This document shows, piece after piece, positions 52,101 to 63,920 of a DNA stretch of 64,000 bases; position 1 is the stretch's first letter, and each line of letters opens with the position of its first letter. The notes beneath the pieces were generated by a model. That model was not told where the DNA came from, did no database searches, and worked only from the letters and a program-made list of their open reading frames with translations. The DNA is from Okamejei kenojei (lineage: Eukaryota): contig JAVHYY010000112.1 of assembly GCA_035221665.1 (NCBI GenBank), positions 496,001 to 560,000 on the forward strand. Reading direction: 5' to 3'. A program made the position numbers and the translations under genes.

Positions 52101-53541
52101 GAAAAGTGGCCCTTTTTGATGTTTGCCCTGGTTTTGTCTGCCTGCCACTTTTACTTTTCACCTTGCTACCTATTTCTTCTACCCTCATTTTACACCCACC
52201 TGCCTCTCTGCTCTTGTACCCATCCCCCTGCCACATTAGTTTAAATCCTCCCCGACAGCACTAGCAAACACTCCCCCAAGAACATTGGTTCCAATCCATT
52301 CCAGGTGCAAACCGTCCTGTTTGTACCGGTCCCACCTCCCCCAGAACTGGTCCCAGTGCCCTAAAAATTTGAATCCCTCCCCCTTGCACCACTTTTCAAG
52401 CCACGTATTCATTTGCAATATCCTCCTATTTCTACTCTGACTGGCCCGTGGTACTGGTAGTAATCCGGTGATTACTACCTTTGAGGTCCTACTTTTAAGT
52501 TTATCTCCTAGCTCCCTAAATTCACCTTGTAGGACCTCATCCCTTTTTTTACCTATATCGTTGGTGCCAACATGTACCACGACAACTGGCTGTTCACCCT
52601 CCCCCTCCAGAATGTTCTGCAGCCGTTCAGTGACATCCCTGACCTTTGCACCAGGGAGGCAACATACCATCCTGGAGTCTCGTTTGCGGCCGCAGAAACG
52701 CCTATCTATTCCCCTGACAATTGAATCCCCTATTACTATTGCCCTTCCCCTCTTTTTTTCCCCCCTCATGTGCTGCAGAGCCACCCATGGTGCCATGAAC
52801 TTGGCTGCTGCTGCATTCCCCTGATGAGCCATCTCCCTCAACAGTATCCAAAATGGTATACTTGTTTAGGAGGGAGATGACCGCAGGGGACTCCTGCACT
52901 ACCTGCCTACTGCTTTGCTGGCTATTGGCCACCTGTTCCCTTTTTGTCCTCTTACCTTTTGCCTGCGGTGTGACCAACTCACTGTACGTGCTATCTACGA
53001 CTTTCTCCGCATCGTGGATGCTCCAGTATGAATCCAGCCGCAGTTCCAATCGTTCAATGCGGTCTGCCAGGAGCTGCAGCTGGACACACTTCCTGCAAAC
53101 GTAGTCACCAGCGACACCGACCATCTCCCTGATCTCCCACATGTTGCAGGCTGAACAAACCACGGGGCCAATCTCTACTGCCATACCTTACTCCCAAATT
53201 ACTCTGTATTAAATATTAAAAAAACACAAAAACTTATCCTTTAAACTTTACTACTAAATACTGAATCCTTAACTCCCAGAATCCCAAACTCCCAGAGTCC
53301 CTAACTCCCAGAATCCCTAACTCCCAGAATCCCTAACTCCCAGAATCCCTAACTCCCAGAATCCCTAACTCCCAGAAGGCAGAAATGTAAAATTGTAAAC
53401 CCGGGGTTGCACCCAATCAGCTGCTTCCTCGGGTCCTCTTCCACCAATCAGCGGCTTCCTCAAAAAAACCCACTTCTCCAAATGGAATGTTATGGATTTG
53501 GGTAAGCCTCTGAAAAAAACAAGCCCCGCGCTCGATTTTAT
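49161..53541 (-). mobile_element. Near full-length, young CR1 LINE inserted in the DIRS element
   Basis: 5' UTR; ORF1 53184-52236 (CxxC/CxxC finger, SGNH esterase GDS..GTND..DGLH); ORF2 52236-49261 (APE NARSIRNK/GITETW/SDH, RT QGSVLGP/FADD) with a few frameshifts; (TTTCTATG)n tail. Confidence 0.96.
53268..53377. repeat. 16-bp tandem repeat (CCTAACTCCCAGAATC) in the CR1 5' UTR
   Basis: About 7 copies seen directly. Confidence 0.92.
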
Positions 53542-54247
53542 ACCTTACCGGTCGGGTGTCGCTCCTCCCCCTCCTCCTCTTCCAACGGCTCCTGTGGGCC
53601 TCTGAAAAAAAACAAGCCCCGCGCTCGATTTTATAGCTTACCGGTCGGGTGTCGCTCCTCCCCCTCCTCCTCTTCCAACGGCTCCTGTGGGCCTCTGAAA
53701 AAAACAAGCCCCGCGCTCGATTTTATAGCTTACCGGTCGGGTGTCGCTCCTCCCCCTCCTCCTCTTCCAACGGCTCCTGTGGGCCTCTGAAAAAACAAGC
53801 CCCGCGCTCGATTTTATAGCTTACCGATCGGGTGTCGCTACTCCCCCTCCTCCTCTTCCAACGGCTCCTGTGGGCCTCTGAAAAAACAAGCCCCGCGCTC
53901 GATTTTATAGCTTACCGGTCGGGTGTCGCTCCTCCTCCTCCTCCTCTTCCAACGGCTCCTGTGGGCCTCTGAAAAAAACAAGCCCCGCGCTCGATTTTAT
54001 AGCTTACCGGTCGGGTGTCGCTCCTCCCCCTCCTCCTCTTCCAACGGCTCCTGTGGGCCTCTGAAAAAAAAACAAGCCCCGCGCTAGATTTTATAGCTTA
54101 CCGGTCGGGTGTCGCTCCTCCCCCTCCTCCTCTTCCAACGGCTCCTGTGGGCCTCTGAAAAAACAAGCCCCGCGCTAGATTTTATAGCTTACCGGTCGGG
54201 TGTCGCTCCTCCCCCTCCTCCTCTTCCAACGGCTCCTGTGGGCCTCT
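53506..54247. repeat. ~92-bp minisatellite, 8 copies
   Basis: Units start at 53506, 53598, 53691, 53783, 53874, 53965, 54057, 54151; they differ mainly in poly-A length. Confidence 0.97.
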
Positions 54248-54860
54248 CTCCGTCTCCGAGCAGTCTCCGAGCCCGGGCCCTCGTGGATCACGGGCTTGTC
54301 CGACTTCCGGGTAGCGTTGCTGTCAGCCCGTGGTGACCCTACGGGCTGCGGTGTAGATTCGGGCTGACGCTCTGCCGTCACTGCCTGCGAACGGCGAGTG
54401 TGAGCCCGGACCCTACCGGGTCAACGAGCTGCCCAACCTGCCCGGTGTAAACATAAAGTCGGGACAGCGGCGTAAGTAAAGCCGTCAGCCGACAGCAGTT
54501 GCCTGCAAGCCCCATTACCTGTTAATACAGACAAGAATACTGCAGGCTGTGGAGTAGAGTTGAGTTGGGGCTAGCCCCCACTGCTTTGTTAATGCCGTCA
54601 GCCAGCAGTGTCCTGCGGGCTGCGGTGTACAGTGCCGAAGCGGCCTGGAGTACTCTGAGAACAGAGTCCCTGAAATGAAAGAAGGACGGCAGGTTAGTTT
54701 TTCGTACCTGCAGTCCCTGTAGTAGTTGCTCCTCACCGCCTGTCGCTCGCATGCGGTCGACGATATGTCGCGCATGCGTGCCTGGCGGGGTCTTCACTAA
54801 GTGACTCACGTGACTGCGAAATGAAATTCGTTCCGTAGGGAGGACTGATAAGATCATAGG
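54248..54860 (-). mobile_element. Probable 5' remainder of the DIRS element
   Basis: GC-rich sequence of the same character as 48000-49160, on the other side of the CR1 insertion. Confidence 0.55.
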
Positions 54861-54869
54861 ATGTAGTGT

Positions 54870-55590
54870 AATTGTGGATAGAGCTGAGAGATGTTACGGG
54901 TAAAAATGCGATAATGGAAGTTATTTACAGGCCACCAAACAGTAGCCAGAATGCAGGTACAAGTTACACCAGTAGATAGAATTGGCATGTAAGAAATGCG
55001 ATGCTACGGAGGTAATGTGAGATTTTATTATGCAGGTAAACTGGGTAAATCAGGATGGCACTGGACCCCAAGAAAGGGAATTTGTTGAGTGCCTCCGAGA
55101 TGGATTCGTAGAACAGCTTGCTGCAGAGCCTATCGGAGTATAGATGATTCTGCATTTAGTGTCGAGTAGTGATCCGGATTTGATAAATAGAACTCTAGGT
55201 AAATGAGCCACAAGGAGGTAGCGACCAGACCATGATACATTTTTATCTGCTATTTAAGAGAGAGAAGATGATATCGGACGTGTCTGTATTGCAGATGAGC
55301 AAAGGGGACTACCGAGGCACGAAGGATGATCTGGTGAAAGTTGACTGGGAAGGGAACATAGCAGGGATGACAGTGAAACATTAATGGCAGGAATTCTGGG
55401 AATAATTCGGAAGGACTTTTTCGTTCCAAAAATGAAGAAAGATTCTAGGTGGAGAAAGCCATGGCTGACAAGGGAAGTCAGGACAGTATAAAATTAAAAT
55501 AGAAGACGTATAACATTGCAAAGATTAGTGGGAAGCCAGAGTATTGGGACGCTTGTAAAGAACAACAGAAAGTCAACCAAAAGGGTTGAT
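54870..55590 (+). mobile_element. Old CR1 ORF2 fragment
   Basis: Endonuclease end (GGSD..) and linker KPWLTREV. Confidence 0.75.
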
Positions 55591-55679
55591 GATACTCCAA
55601 CATGTTTCTAATTCAAAATGCAGAAATTCCGTTTCTATCAGTTTAGTCTTTCCATCTCCGTGAATTACATATTCCATCA

Positions 55680-56400
55680 ATGACGGGTGGCGCTGTCAGC
55701 GATGGCAGCCTCGCCAACAGTATAGTTGCTTTTCGTCATTTTTGTTATTTTAAGTCTGTTTTAAAACTAAGTGTTAATGTTCCCTGGTTTGTTTTATTTG
55801 GGAGGTTGGGGACGGGGTCGGGTGAAACTTTTTTCAATCTCTTACCTTGCCGGAGGTGCGATTGTTTTCCGGATCGTATCTCCGATCGCTCTGCGGCCTA
55901 AGTTCGTGGAGATGGCGGCTTTGCTCGTGACTGACTTTGAGCCGCACCGCGGGGCCGTGGATTCCCTTCGCCTGGGATCGACGCTCGAACCGCGGCCTGC
56001 GGATTTCAACATGTGGGGAAGCTCCAAGTCGCAGAAGGTTCGGCGAGCCCCGACCTGGGGTCCGATCGCCAGGCGCGAGGGAGCTGGGAACCCCCCGACG
56101 CGAGAGCATGATAACCCCGACGCGGAGGGAACGACCGCTGGCTGCGAAAACCACGATCTCCCCGACAACTGAAGGTTCCAGTGCCCCGATCGCGAAGAAC
56201 AAAGAAGGGAAGAAGATTTAACTTTTTTTGCCTTCTATCACAGTGAGGAATGTGGGGAAGTCGTTGTGGGCGATGGTCATGTTTAAAATTTATATTGGTG
56301 TCTTGTCGCTATTTACTGCTATGACGGCATGGCAAATCAAATTCCTTGTATGTTGCAAAACATACTTAGCTAATACAGTACTATTCTCAGAATGATTATG
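55680..56400 (+). repeat. Interspersed repeat (same family as 9060-9800 and 2420-3060)
   Basis: Extended sequence similarity. Confidence 0.75.
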
Positions 56401-56997
56401 AATATGATATTATACCACCGATGTAGAAAATGGATGGGTGACCACCAGTAAACGGATTATGGAGAAATAGTCATGTGAAGGGAAATGATCGGAGGGTAGA
56501 TGGGAATATCGACAACTGGTCCACAGCATCAGGCGTGGATGACAGCGGGGTGAGGGGAAAACAGAGAGTGCGACAATCATAGGAGACCCACTGGAGGGCG
56601 GGGGGGGGGGGGGGGGGGTGCGAGACGCAGATGGAAAATTCCATTCACTATGCGACACACTCCAGGATGACGATTCATTTCGTTGGGATCAACAGGCTAA
56701 CGGTTATAAAATATTCCAAACGCTATTTGAAGAAACCATATTATTTACTTGCCAGAAGCCGTTTTCACACAATTCACTGTATGATTTCACCAGTAGTTCG
56801 TTTCGCTTTTAAGCCACATTGCTCAAACAATATAATTTCATAAATCATTACAGGATAACAAGTCATACTGTCCTTTGATTATTTAGCAATTATGATGATG
56901 CAATTAATTGTCGCTCCAGAGATTTCACCGCGGTATAAATAGATCTGAGAAGGTTGATGCAGACATTTCTTGCCAGCTAATCGTTCTCACGGAAATC

Positions 56998-57067
56998 ATG
57001 CACGCACCCGGGAATGGACCGGTCTTTGCTATTTATTATTCGTTTCTTGCCGCTTTCGGAGTTCCAG
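56998..57067 (+). CDS. GPR139/GPR142-like GPCR gene B, exon 1
   Basis: MHAPGNGPVFAIYYSFLAAFGVP + G|gtaag phase-1 donor; same length (70 nt) and phase as gene A exon 1. Confidence 0.9.
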
Positions 57068-57953
57068 GTAAGAACAAAACATTCGCACGTGGACTTTCAT
57101 TTAAAACGCATTTTAAATCTGCCATTCAGCCACTTTCATCTGCAACGAATATCTCCGTCACTATCTGTTCCTTGTGATCTCGTACGAAATGACGAATTCA
57201 ATCAAGTTGTCTGATGCAAAGGAGGTTGTTCCAAAAAAATATTCTCTTGCCGTTCATGCAAGAAAAAAACGTTTTTTTTTTCACCGTCCTTTTCGGACAA
57301 GTCAGCAAGCTGTTCAATGGGATCATCTGTATTTTGTGATCAGAGACACAAAGGTATCATTGGAAGCTGAATGGAATTAATTTAAATTGTCTCTCCTCTC
57401 CGAAACTCACCCGACAAAAATGCCGGTGTCATTTACAGAATTTGGTGGCTGATGTAGCACCTTCTATCATATTATTTATTCGAATTCCACTTCGGATACC
57501 ATTTGACTCAATACTGTTCTGAATGCAGGCATTGAATCAATTTCACCTACCTAGGTTATGTTCTTGTTTGCATTTGGCAGCTGTTTACAAGTAACGTTAT
57601 TACGAAACGCTCTTGTTAGTTTGGCATGGTAATGTATCTTTTAATTTAATTTTCACACACAGTATTGTAAATGATCGCTTCTCCAATTAACATCGTTATT
57701 TGCTTTCAGTATGATGTGCTAATAGATTGATATTTTCTTATTTTTTCAACAAATCGGCATTATGTTTGGGAAGCTAGTCTTTTGTATTCCTTTCCATAAC
57801 CCTACGCGGGCGTGGCATGAGCCTAACAAAGCACAATATATTTGGTGATTTGCTGAATCGTCGAAATATTATACGAAATTATCTTGTCAATCCATTGGCT
57901 TTATCCGTGGCGGGCTGATCATGAATGAACTGCTTTATTATTTTGTTTTGCAG

Positions 57954-58861
57954 CGAATTTTGTGACGATCGTGATTTTGTCCCAAGGAAGATGCGGTCTC
58001 TCGAAATGCATAACTCGTTACCTGGTGTTCATGGCGGTGGCGGATCTCCTGGTCATTATCACAGCTGTGATATTAAGTCGGCTTCGGGCTATTTATTTCC
58101 CACTTACTTTCTTGTCCACCACTCCTGCCTGTAGTCTCGTTATTATCTTCAGCTGGATTTCAAAAGATACCTCAGTATGGTTAACGGTCGCGTTCACGTT
58201 CGATCGCTTTTTAGCTATTGGCAGCCATAAACTGAAGCTTAGATACTGCACCGAGAAAACTGCGGCTGTGGTTATAGTAATCATCTGCGTTCTGGCGTCC
58301 TTGCGAAACATCCCTTTATATTTTGAATATGAGCCCATGTATGTCATTGATAACGTACCCTGGTTCTGCAGCATTAGACCGATCTTCTATACATTACTTG
58401 CATGGAGAGTGTATGAATGGTTGCACCGTATGTTAAATCCATGTATCCCATTCCTCCTCATTTTATTGCTTAATGTTCTGACGATCAGACACATTCTAGC
58501 GGCCAGTCGGGCCCGCCGTAGACTCCGGGCGCAGAGCAACGGAGATAAACAGAGTGACCCCGAGATGGAGAGCCGGAGAAAATCAATTATTTTACTTCTC
58601 TGCATTTCCTGGAGTTTTATTTTGTTGAGGTTGACATATGTTGTAAATTTCCTATTTGTGCAGGTTACAAGCAACATCTATCCAACTGGTTCTAATTCCA
58701 ATGACCCAAAATTTATTCTTCAAGAAAGCGGATACATGTTAGAGATTCTTAGTTCCTGTACCAACACGTGTATTTATGTTGGGACGCAGTCTATATTCAG
58801 GGAACAGTTGAAGGATGCCATCAAATATCCCTTCAATCTAATTACTGGCTGGTTCAAGTAG
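57954..58861 (+). CDS. GPR139/GPR142-like GPCR gene B, exon 2 (open 7TM)
   Basis: Acceptor ttttgttttgcag; A-NFVTIVILSQGRCGLSKCITRYL, MAVAD, SVWLTVAFTFDRF, SSCTNTCIY; TAG at 58861. Confidence 0.92.
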
Positions 58862-59619
58862 CGCACATTACAATTCTATATTGAAACGAACATGCAACTC
58901 AGAAACGACAAGTGCTGAAAAATTCGGACAAAGATGGCGCCGGAGCGTGGTGACGGTTTTGCGTGCTGATATCAAATTAGGATCTACTATCATTCGATAC
59001 AATCTCGTTACAATCTCTTTAATCTTTTGGATGTAATTTCTACCCATTGTACCTAAGTTTGGTTTGATTGTATGCATGTATAATATTATACGATTTGTTT
59101 GGAAAGCAAGCAAAACAACTTTTCGCTGAAACTCGAATCACATGGCAATAATAAAGTTAAAAGCACACGTAATCCTCAATGAATTAGTCAACAGTCCCGG
59201 CGGAATTCATATTAAAAAATGGTGTTCAAATTCGAATACCCTATTCTGAAAATTAATTTTCAAAGTTGAGTAACAATAATTATGACAAGCGATTTGTTTA
59301 TTTTGAACAGTGTAACGGCAATAGTGCATTAGCATGTAAACGTTTTTCCAATCTTGAGTACGTTTCGTGTTTTACTGTTTACAAATGACTTCGGATTTGC
59401 TAGCTACAGACATCTGCTGGCGCAAATACGGTGCATTTGAATGGGTTGGTGGATAAAGGTAAACACTCAAAATATCATAATGTGGCTGCGGTTGCGACAC
59501 CAAGAATGGCAGTGAGGAGGAGGGTTCTTTGGCACGAATGCAGTCGGCAGTTCGGCAAACGGTACAGCACGTGGAAATGTCATGCTCAGCCGCCAAATTA
59601 ACGGCTGATCCGCCTATAG

Positions 59620-59935
59620 AATTTTCATCACAATACATGATAATGTGCTGTACCACCATAGTGGACATTTGTGAACCAAAATTAATCTGCATCCCAGACA
59701 TCTGCAGTCTGTCACTATTCTAAATCCAGATTGGCGATCCAACTCAAATAGCTGAATAGCGCTGGTCTCAATGCCTCGTACAAATGCTATTCAAATGCTA
59801 TTCAGTCATTTGAGTTGGTTCGCCAATCTGTATTTAGAATAGTGCCAGACTGCAGACTCTGGGATGCAGTTGAATTCTGCGTCACAAATGTCCACAAGGG
59901 GGGTACAGCACGTTATCATTTATTGTGAGGAAAAT
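59620..59935. repeat. Imperfect long inverted repeat (MITE-like)
   Basis: 59620-59760 is the approximate reverse complement of 59795-59935. Confidence 0.85.
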
Positions 59936-61695
59936 CCAGCTGCAAGCCGACGAAGCCTATTTCTCACGTATTCGTGTGATTGGAGTCACCATGCTGACAT
60001 TAGAGCAGAAGGTTGGATGACGCTACTTGGCCCAATGCATTGCTTAATGGGGAGAAAACACAATGTGCTGGAATAACGCATTGGCCAGCGGGAGGAAGGA
60101 ATGGAGAGACGCGTTTGCCGTCGGGACCCTTCTTCTCGCTGAGAATTCCCCCCACATATGTTTATTGACCCGCTTCGTTATATCAGCACTTATCGAGCAC
60201 TTCTGGCTTATACCTCCAGCATCCGTAGTTTATTCTGGCTCAGTAGGGAGGGGGCATGGTACAGGGAGGAGGTTGCCGGGAATGTCAGCGAAGGAAGTAA
60301 GCAGAAGCCCATTCAGTTAGAATCAGAACAAAGTGACGGATGCCGTCACCGAGCCACCGCCTCATAAGCAGTTGTGAAAGGGCGAAGAGCCCCTCCGTGT
60401 TGAGTGCGAAGCAATGAGCCCGAAAAAAAAACGAGGGACAAAGAAGAGAGTACATAGAACAGTGCGGTACAGGAACAGATATTGCGGCCCATAGTGTCCG
60501 CACGAAACATGATGCATAGTTAAGCTATACTCCTCTGCCTGCACGGGGTCGATATGCATCCATTCCGCGCATATGAATCCATTCCCTGCATATCCACGTG
60601 CACACCGACAAACGTCTGAAATACCATACGGCATTATCTCTGGCAGTGTGTTCCGGACACCCACCATTGCATAAAATACTTCTGCCGCGCATATTTTAAA
60701 ACTTATTTTTTATTTTATCAAAGCTATGCCTTATAATCGTGGACATCCCTATCCGGCTACGGGAACATGATGATGACTCTCTGCTCTTTCTACGCTTTCT
60801 CCGCGGCTACAGTGGGAATAATTATCGTTAGCCCAACTGGTTCAAATGTGTAATAATCTGCAATCCGGACAATATTCTGCTAAACCTCCAACACCCCCTC
60901 CAACGCCTAAGCATCATTCGTGTAATGGGGCGACCACAAATCAAATCCATGTGTGGCTTATACCAGGATGCGTAAAGCTGCTGCGCCCAAAGTGTTCTAC
61001 TCCTATTCTATTATTTGGAACCTTTTTCAGGTTGAGCAATTCAGTAACATTGCGACTGCCCTGTTTTAAGATCAGAAGTACGCTCGTCTGATACAGCAGC
61101 CGATGGAAAGTACTTTAAGAATTCCCGTGAGTTAACACCAGAGGGCGCCGTCGGAGGTGTGACGTTAGAAATCGCCCCAGCGTGAAACCACAAAAACTGA
61201 CGACGCCCAAGAGTGTCATTCCGCTCAGTGCAGCGGTGCCCAACCAACCAACCAATCTGCTCACTCCTTCGAACACTGAACATTAAATCCTGCACACTAA
61301 TCTGCAGGACTGAAACCACAACATTCCAGGTCCGTTCCTTTTATATTTCCAGATATACAGATTTGTGAATAATGCCAATATTTTCCCTTTTCCTGATATA
61401 TTTCCAAAATGCGACTTTTTTTTGCATCATCCGCTGAAATATCTCATCAACTTCATTCGTACCTTGCAAGAGGATACTCCCTACAGCTGACTCCAAAATA
61501 CAGGCACTGATGTGGAAGTAATAATATTTCTATCATGATATTGGTTGGCATCCCGTTAGTTACCTATTTCATACGGTATCTGTCCTTTGAGCAACATTGG
61601 TGGTTTCGGTCCAGGTTTACCGAATATTTTCCCACTCCTGCCGCAGCCAAAATTTAATTCTAATGTCCACGCGATGTTTTTTTCTGCGGCGGCAT

Positions 61696-61735
61696 AGTTT
61701 TTGTACGAAGGGCGTTCAAAGATAGTAGCACCGTG
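61696..61735 (-). promoter_or_regulatory. 23-type RSS (24-nt spacer)
   Basis: CACGGTG + 24 nt + ACAAAAACT. Confidence 0.9.
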
Positions 61736-62261
61736 TCTCTCAGCACGCAGTAATATAAGGCTCCGTCAGACAGCTGCACTCCAGCCAGGGTAAATGACCT
61801 TTCGCCTCTCGAAGTGTCGAGGAACGCGGAAATTCGAGCACCCACAATTTGTGCCCTGGAAATGTTTCCGAAGGAAGGAATGATAATCAGGCAGGTGAAG
61901 CCACTGTTCGCTTTCTGACGGTACAGATCAAAGTATACATATCAGCTGTAGTTGAATACTTGCAGTTAATTTTCGCCGATTCTCCTTCCATCGGCGTCAA
62001 GTTAGCCGGTCCCTGTGAGACGGAGTCTGTGGCAGCGACACCTGCAATAATTTAATAACACATAAACATTTTATTCTCAATTAATACAGGCCAATATTCG
62101 TGGAGGAGGATGGACATATTCAACTGAGATAGACCAAAGTCTATCCGGCAGGGAGGTTTTCGATATCAGCGACACCTGATAAGGGAACCCGTATATTTTG
62201 CGAACTTACTTGTTTAAAGAGCTGCAGCGAAACAATATAAATGAGCAAGAACTGCGAACAT
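61736..62261 (-). pseudogene. TCR alpha/delta V pseudogene (leader 62210-62261, V exon 61736-62041)
   Basis: Leader MFAVLAHLYCFAAAL*T has an in-frame TAA before the gtaag donor; V exon DSVSQGP..AKINCKYST..LI[TG]YRQ has a 1-nt deletion in the Trp codon (~61925); ends VQLSDGALYYCVLR. Confidence 0.92.
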
Positions 62262-62689
62262 GTCGGCCGGCGACCGTTCTGAACAAAGAGGACTGACTCT
62301 GAAATTGTTTGCAGTGAAGATACTGTGCGACATCCGGCCTCGCTGCAGATTGCGTCCCTGCTGGCTTTGAATTAAGCATCCAATCAGCTTGCAGCTTCGA
62401 TCCACCAAATGGAAAATTAGGCCGTTTGCATTCATCTAATCCGCTCGCAATAATTTGACCATACCTCAAAATATAATTGGTTCCGAGCAATGAAACGACC
62501 CGAAAGATAAAATAACTAAATCTCTTGGCCTTTCCATAGGTCTAAATTGTGAGGTGAAGGTAAGTTACATGGTCCCCTCTCAACGTTCAACACTCCAAAA
62601 CAACTATTTACTGTTTTCCTTATTAGGTATAAATATAGACAATCCGCAGAATCTCAGCACAATGTCGATATGCGGGTCGACCTCCCACA

Positions 62690-63150
62690 AGAAGATTATA
62701 GAGGCTTTAGAGAGTGCAGAAGAGGTTTACCAGATTGTGCCTGGATTAGATGGCAATACTGAGAGGAAGAGGTTGGACAAACGTGGATTGTTTTCTCTGG
62801 AAAGTTTGTTGTGGGAGACGTGGTAGAGGTATACACAATTATAAAAAAAAAACATATATAGGCAGAAACCTTTACCGAGGGTGCAAATGCCAAAGGCGGG
62901 AGGCATAGTTTCAAGATGAGAGGGACAGCGTTTAAAGGACGTGAGCTGGACAAGTGTTTTTGACGATAAGTGGTAGAACGCGCTGCCAGGAGTGGTGGTT
63001 TGCGCAGATGCGATATTTGCAAGTAAGAAACTTTTAGCTGGGCAAGTGGATATGTAGGGCGTGAGGGATATGAATCACGTGCAGGCAGAGACGTTTAGTT
63101 TGACTTGGCATCGTGTTGGGAGCAGACGTTCCGTGCTGAAGCGCCTGTTA
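62690..63150 (+). mobile_element. Degraded CR1 3' fragment
   Basis: KRLDKRGLFSLE and typical 3' UTR. Confidence 0.75.
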
Positions 63151-63571
63151 TTGTACTCTTTGGATTTTTGTATTGTATGACATATGTGATATGTTCTCCC
63201 GGAGACTGAAACACAGAAATCATGTATTTGTCCAAATGGTCTTAACATCCTTAATCGGTTATATCATTGAATTCAGGATTTTCACTCAGATACGGTGGAC
63301 CGAGAGGGCTTCCTGTTTAATGCACGAAATGAAGATGCAGCTGCCTGCCGTGAGGACCCGAAAGCCAGTGATGCAGGTTTACGCAGGTAGAGTGGTTCCT
63401 ATCCCTAACGCCTGCGTTATTATTAATGGAAATAATATGAAACCTAATTCGGTAATCGATGGAAATTGAAGGGACGGATAGAACGATTTCTGAAACGACA
63501 GAGGATCAAGAAGCTTTCTTTGCGCATAAAATGAATTGGAACCGAAACCCCAAGATCTGCTGAGCTATTGG

Positions 63572-63610
63572 ACTTTTTGTACGAGAATTTTACTGGTTTT
63601 GAACACCGTG
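63572..63610 (-). promoter_or_regulatory. 23-RSS
   Basis: CACGGTG + 23 nt + ACAAAAAGT. Confidence 0.93.
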
Positions 63611-63920
63611 AGCGTCGCTGCACACATATAAACCGCATAGTCGCTCAGCTGCAATTCTAAGATAGTCAGACTTGCGAATTTCGCCGAGTTCTCGTGGACT
63701 GCAGAGAAACGTGTTTTCGCAAAATCTGCCTTGTCGGCAGTTCCGCTGGTTTATTTCACCAGAATAAACTCAATCTGTGCATCTGAGTGTTGCCCATACC
63801 AGAGCAGATTATTGGTGCCGCTCCATGTTGTTTGGTAGGTACAGTTTAAAGTGACATTTCCTCCTTTCATCTCCACGACAGAAGACAACGGATTAGTGGC
63901 AGGATCCCCGTGGCCTCGAC
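63611..63920 (-). pseudogene. TCR alpha/delta V pseudogene (V exon; leader beyond window)
   Basis: Acceptor cttttcag; GGNVTLNCTYQTT..LLWYGQH..EFILVK*TSGTADKADFAKTRFSA..LTILELQLSDYAVYMCAAT; in-frame TAA at 63751-63753. Confidence 0.92.

Noticed and set aside
53506-54247. CRISPR-like regular array
   Set aside because: Units are identical tandem copies with no unique spacers, in a vertebrate genome
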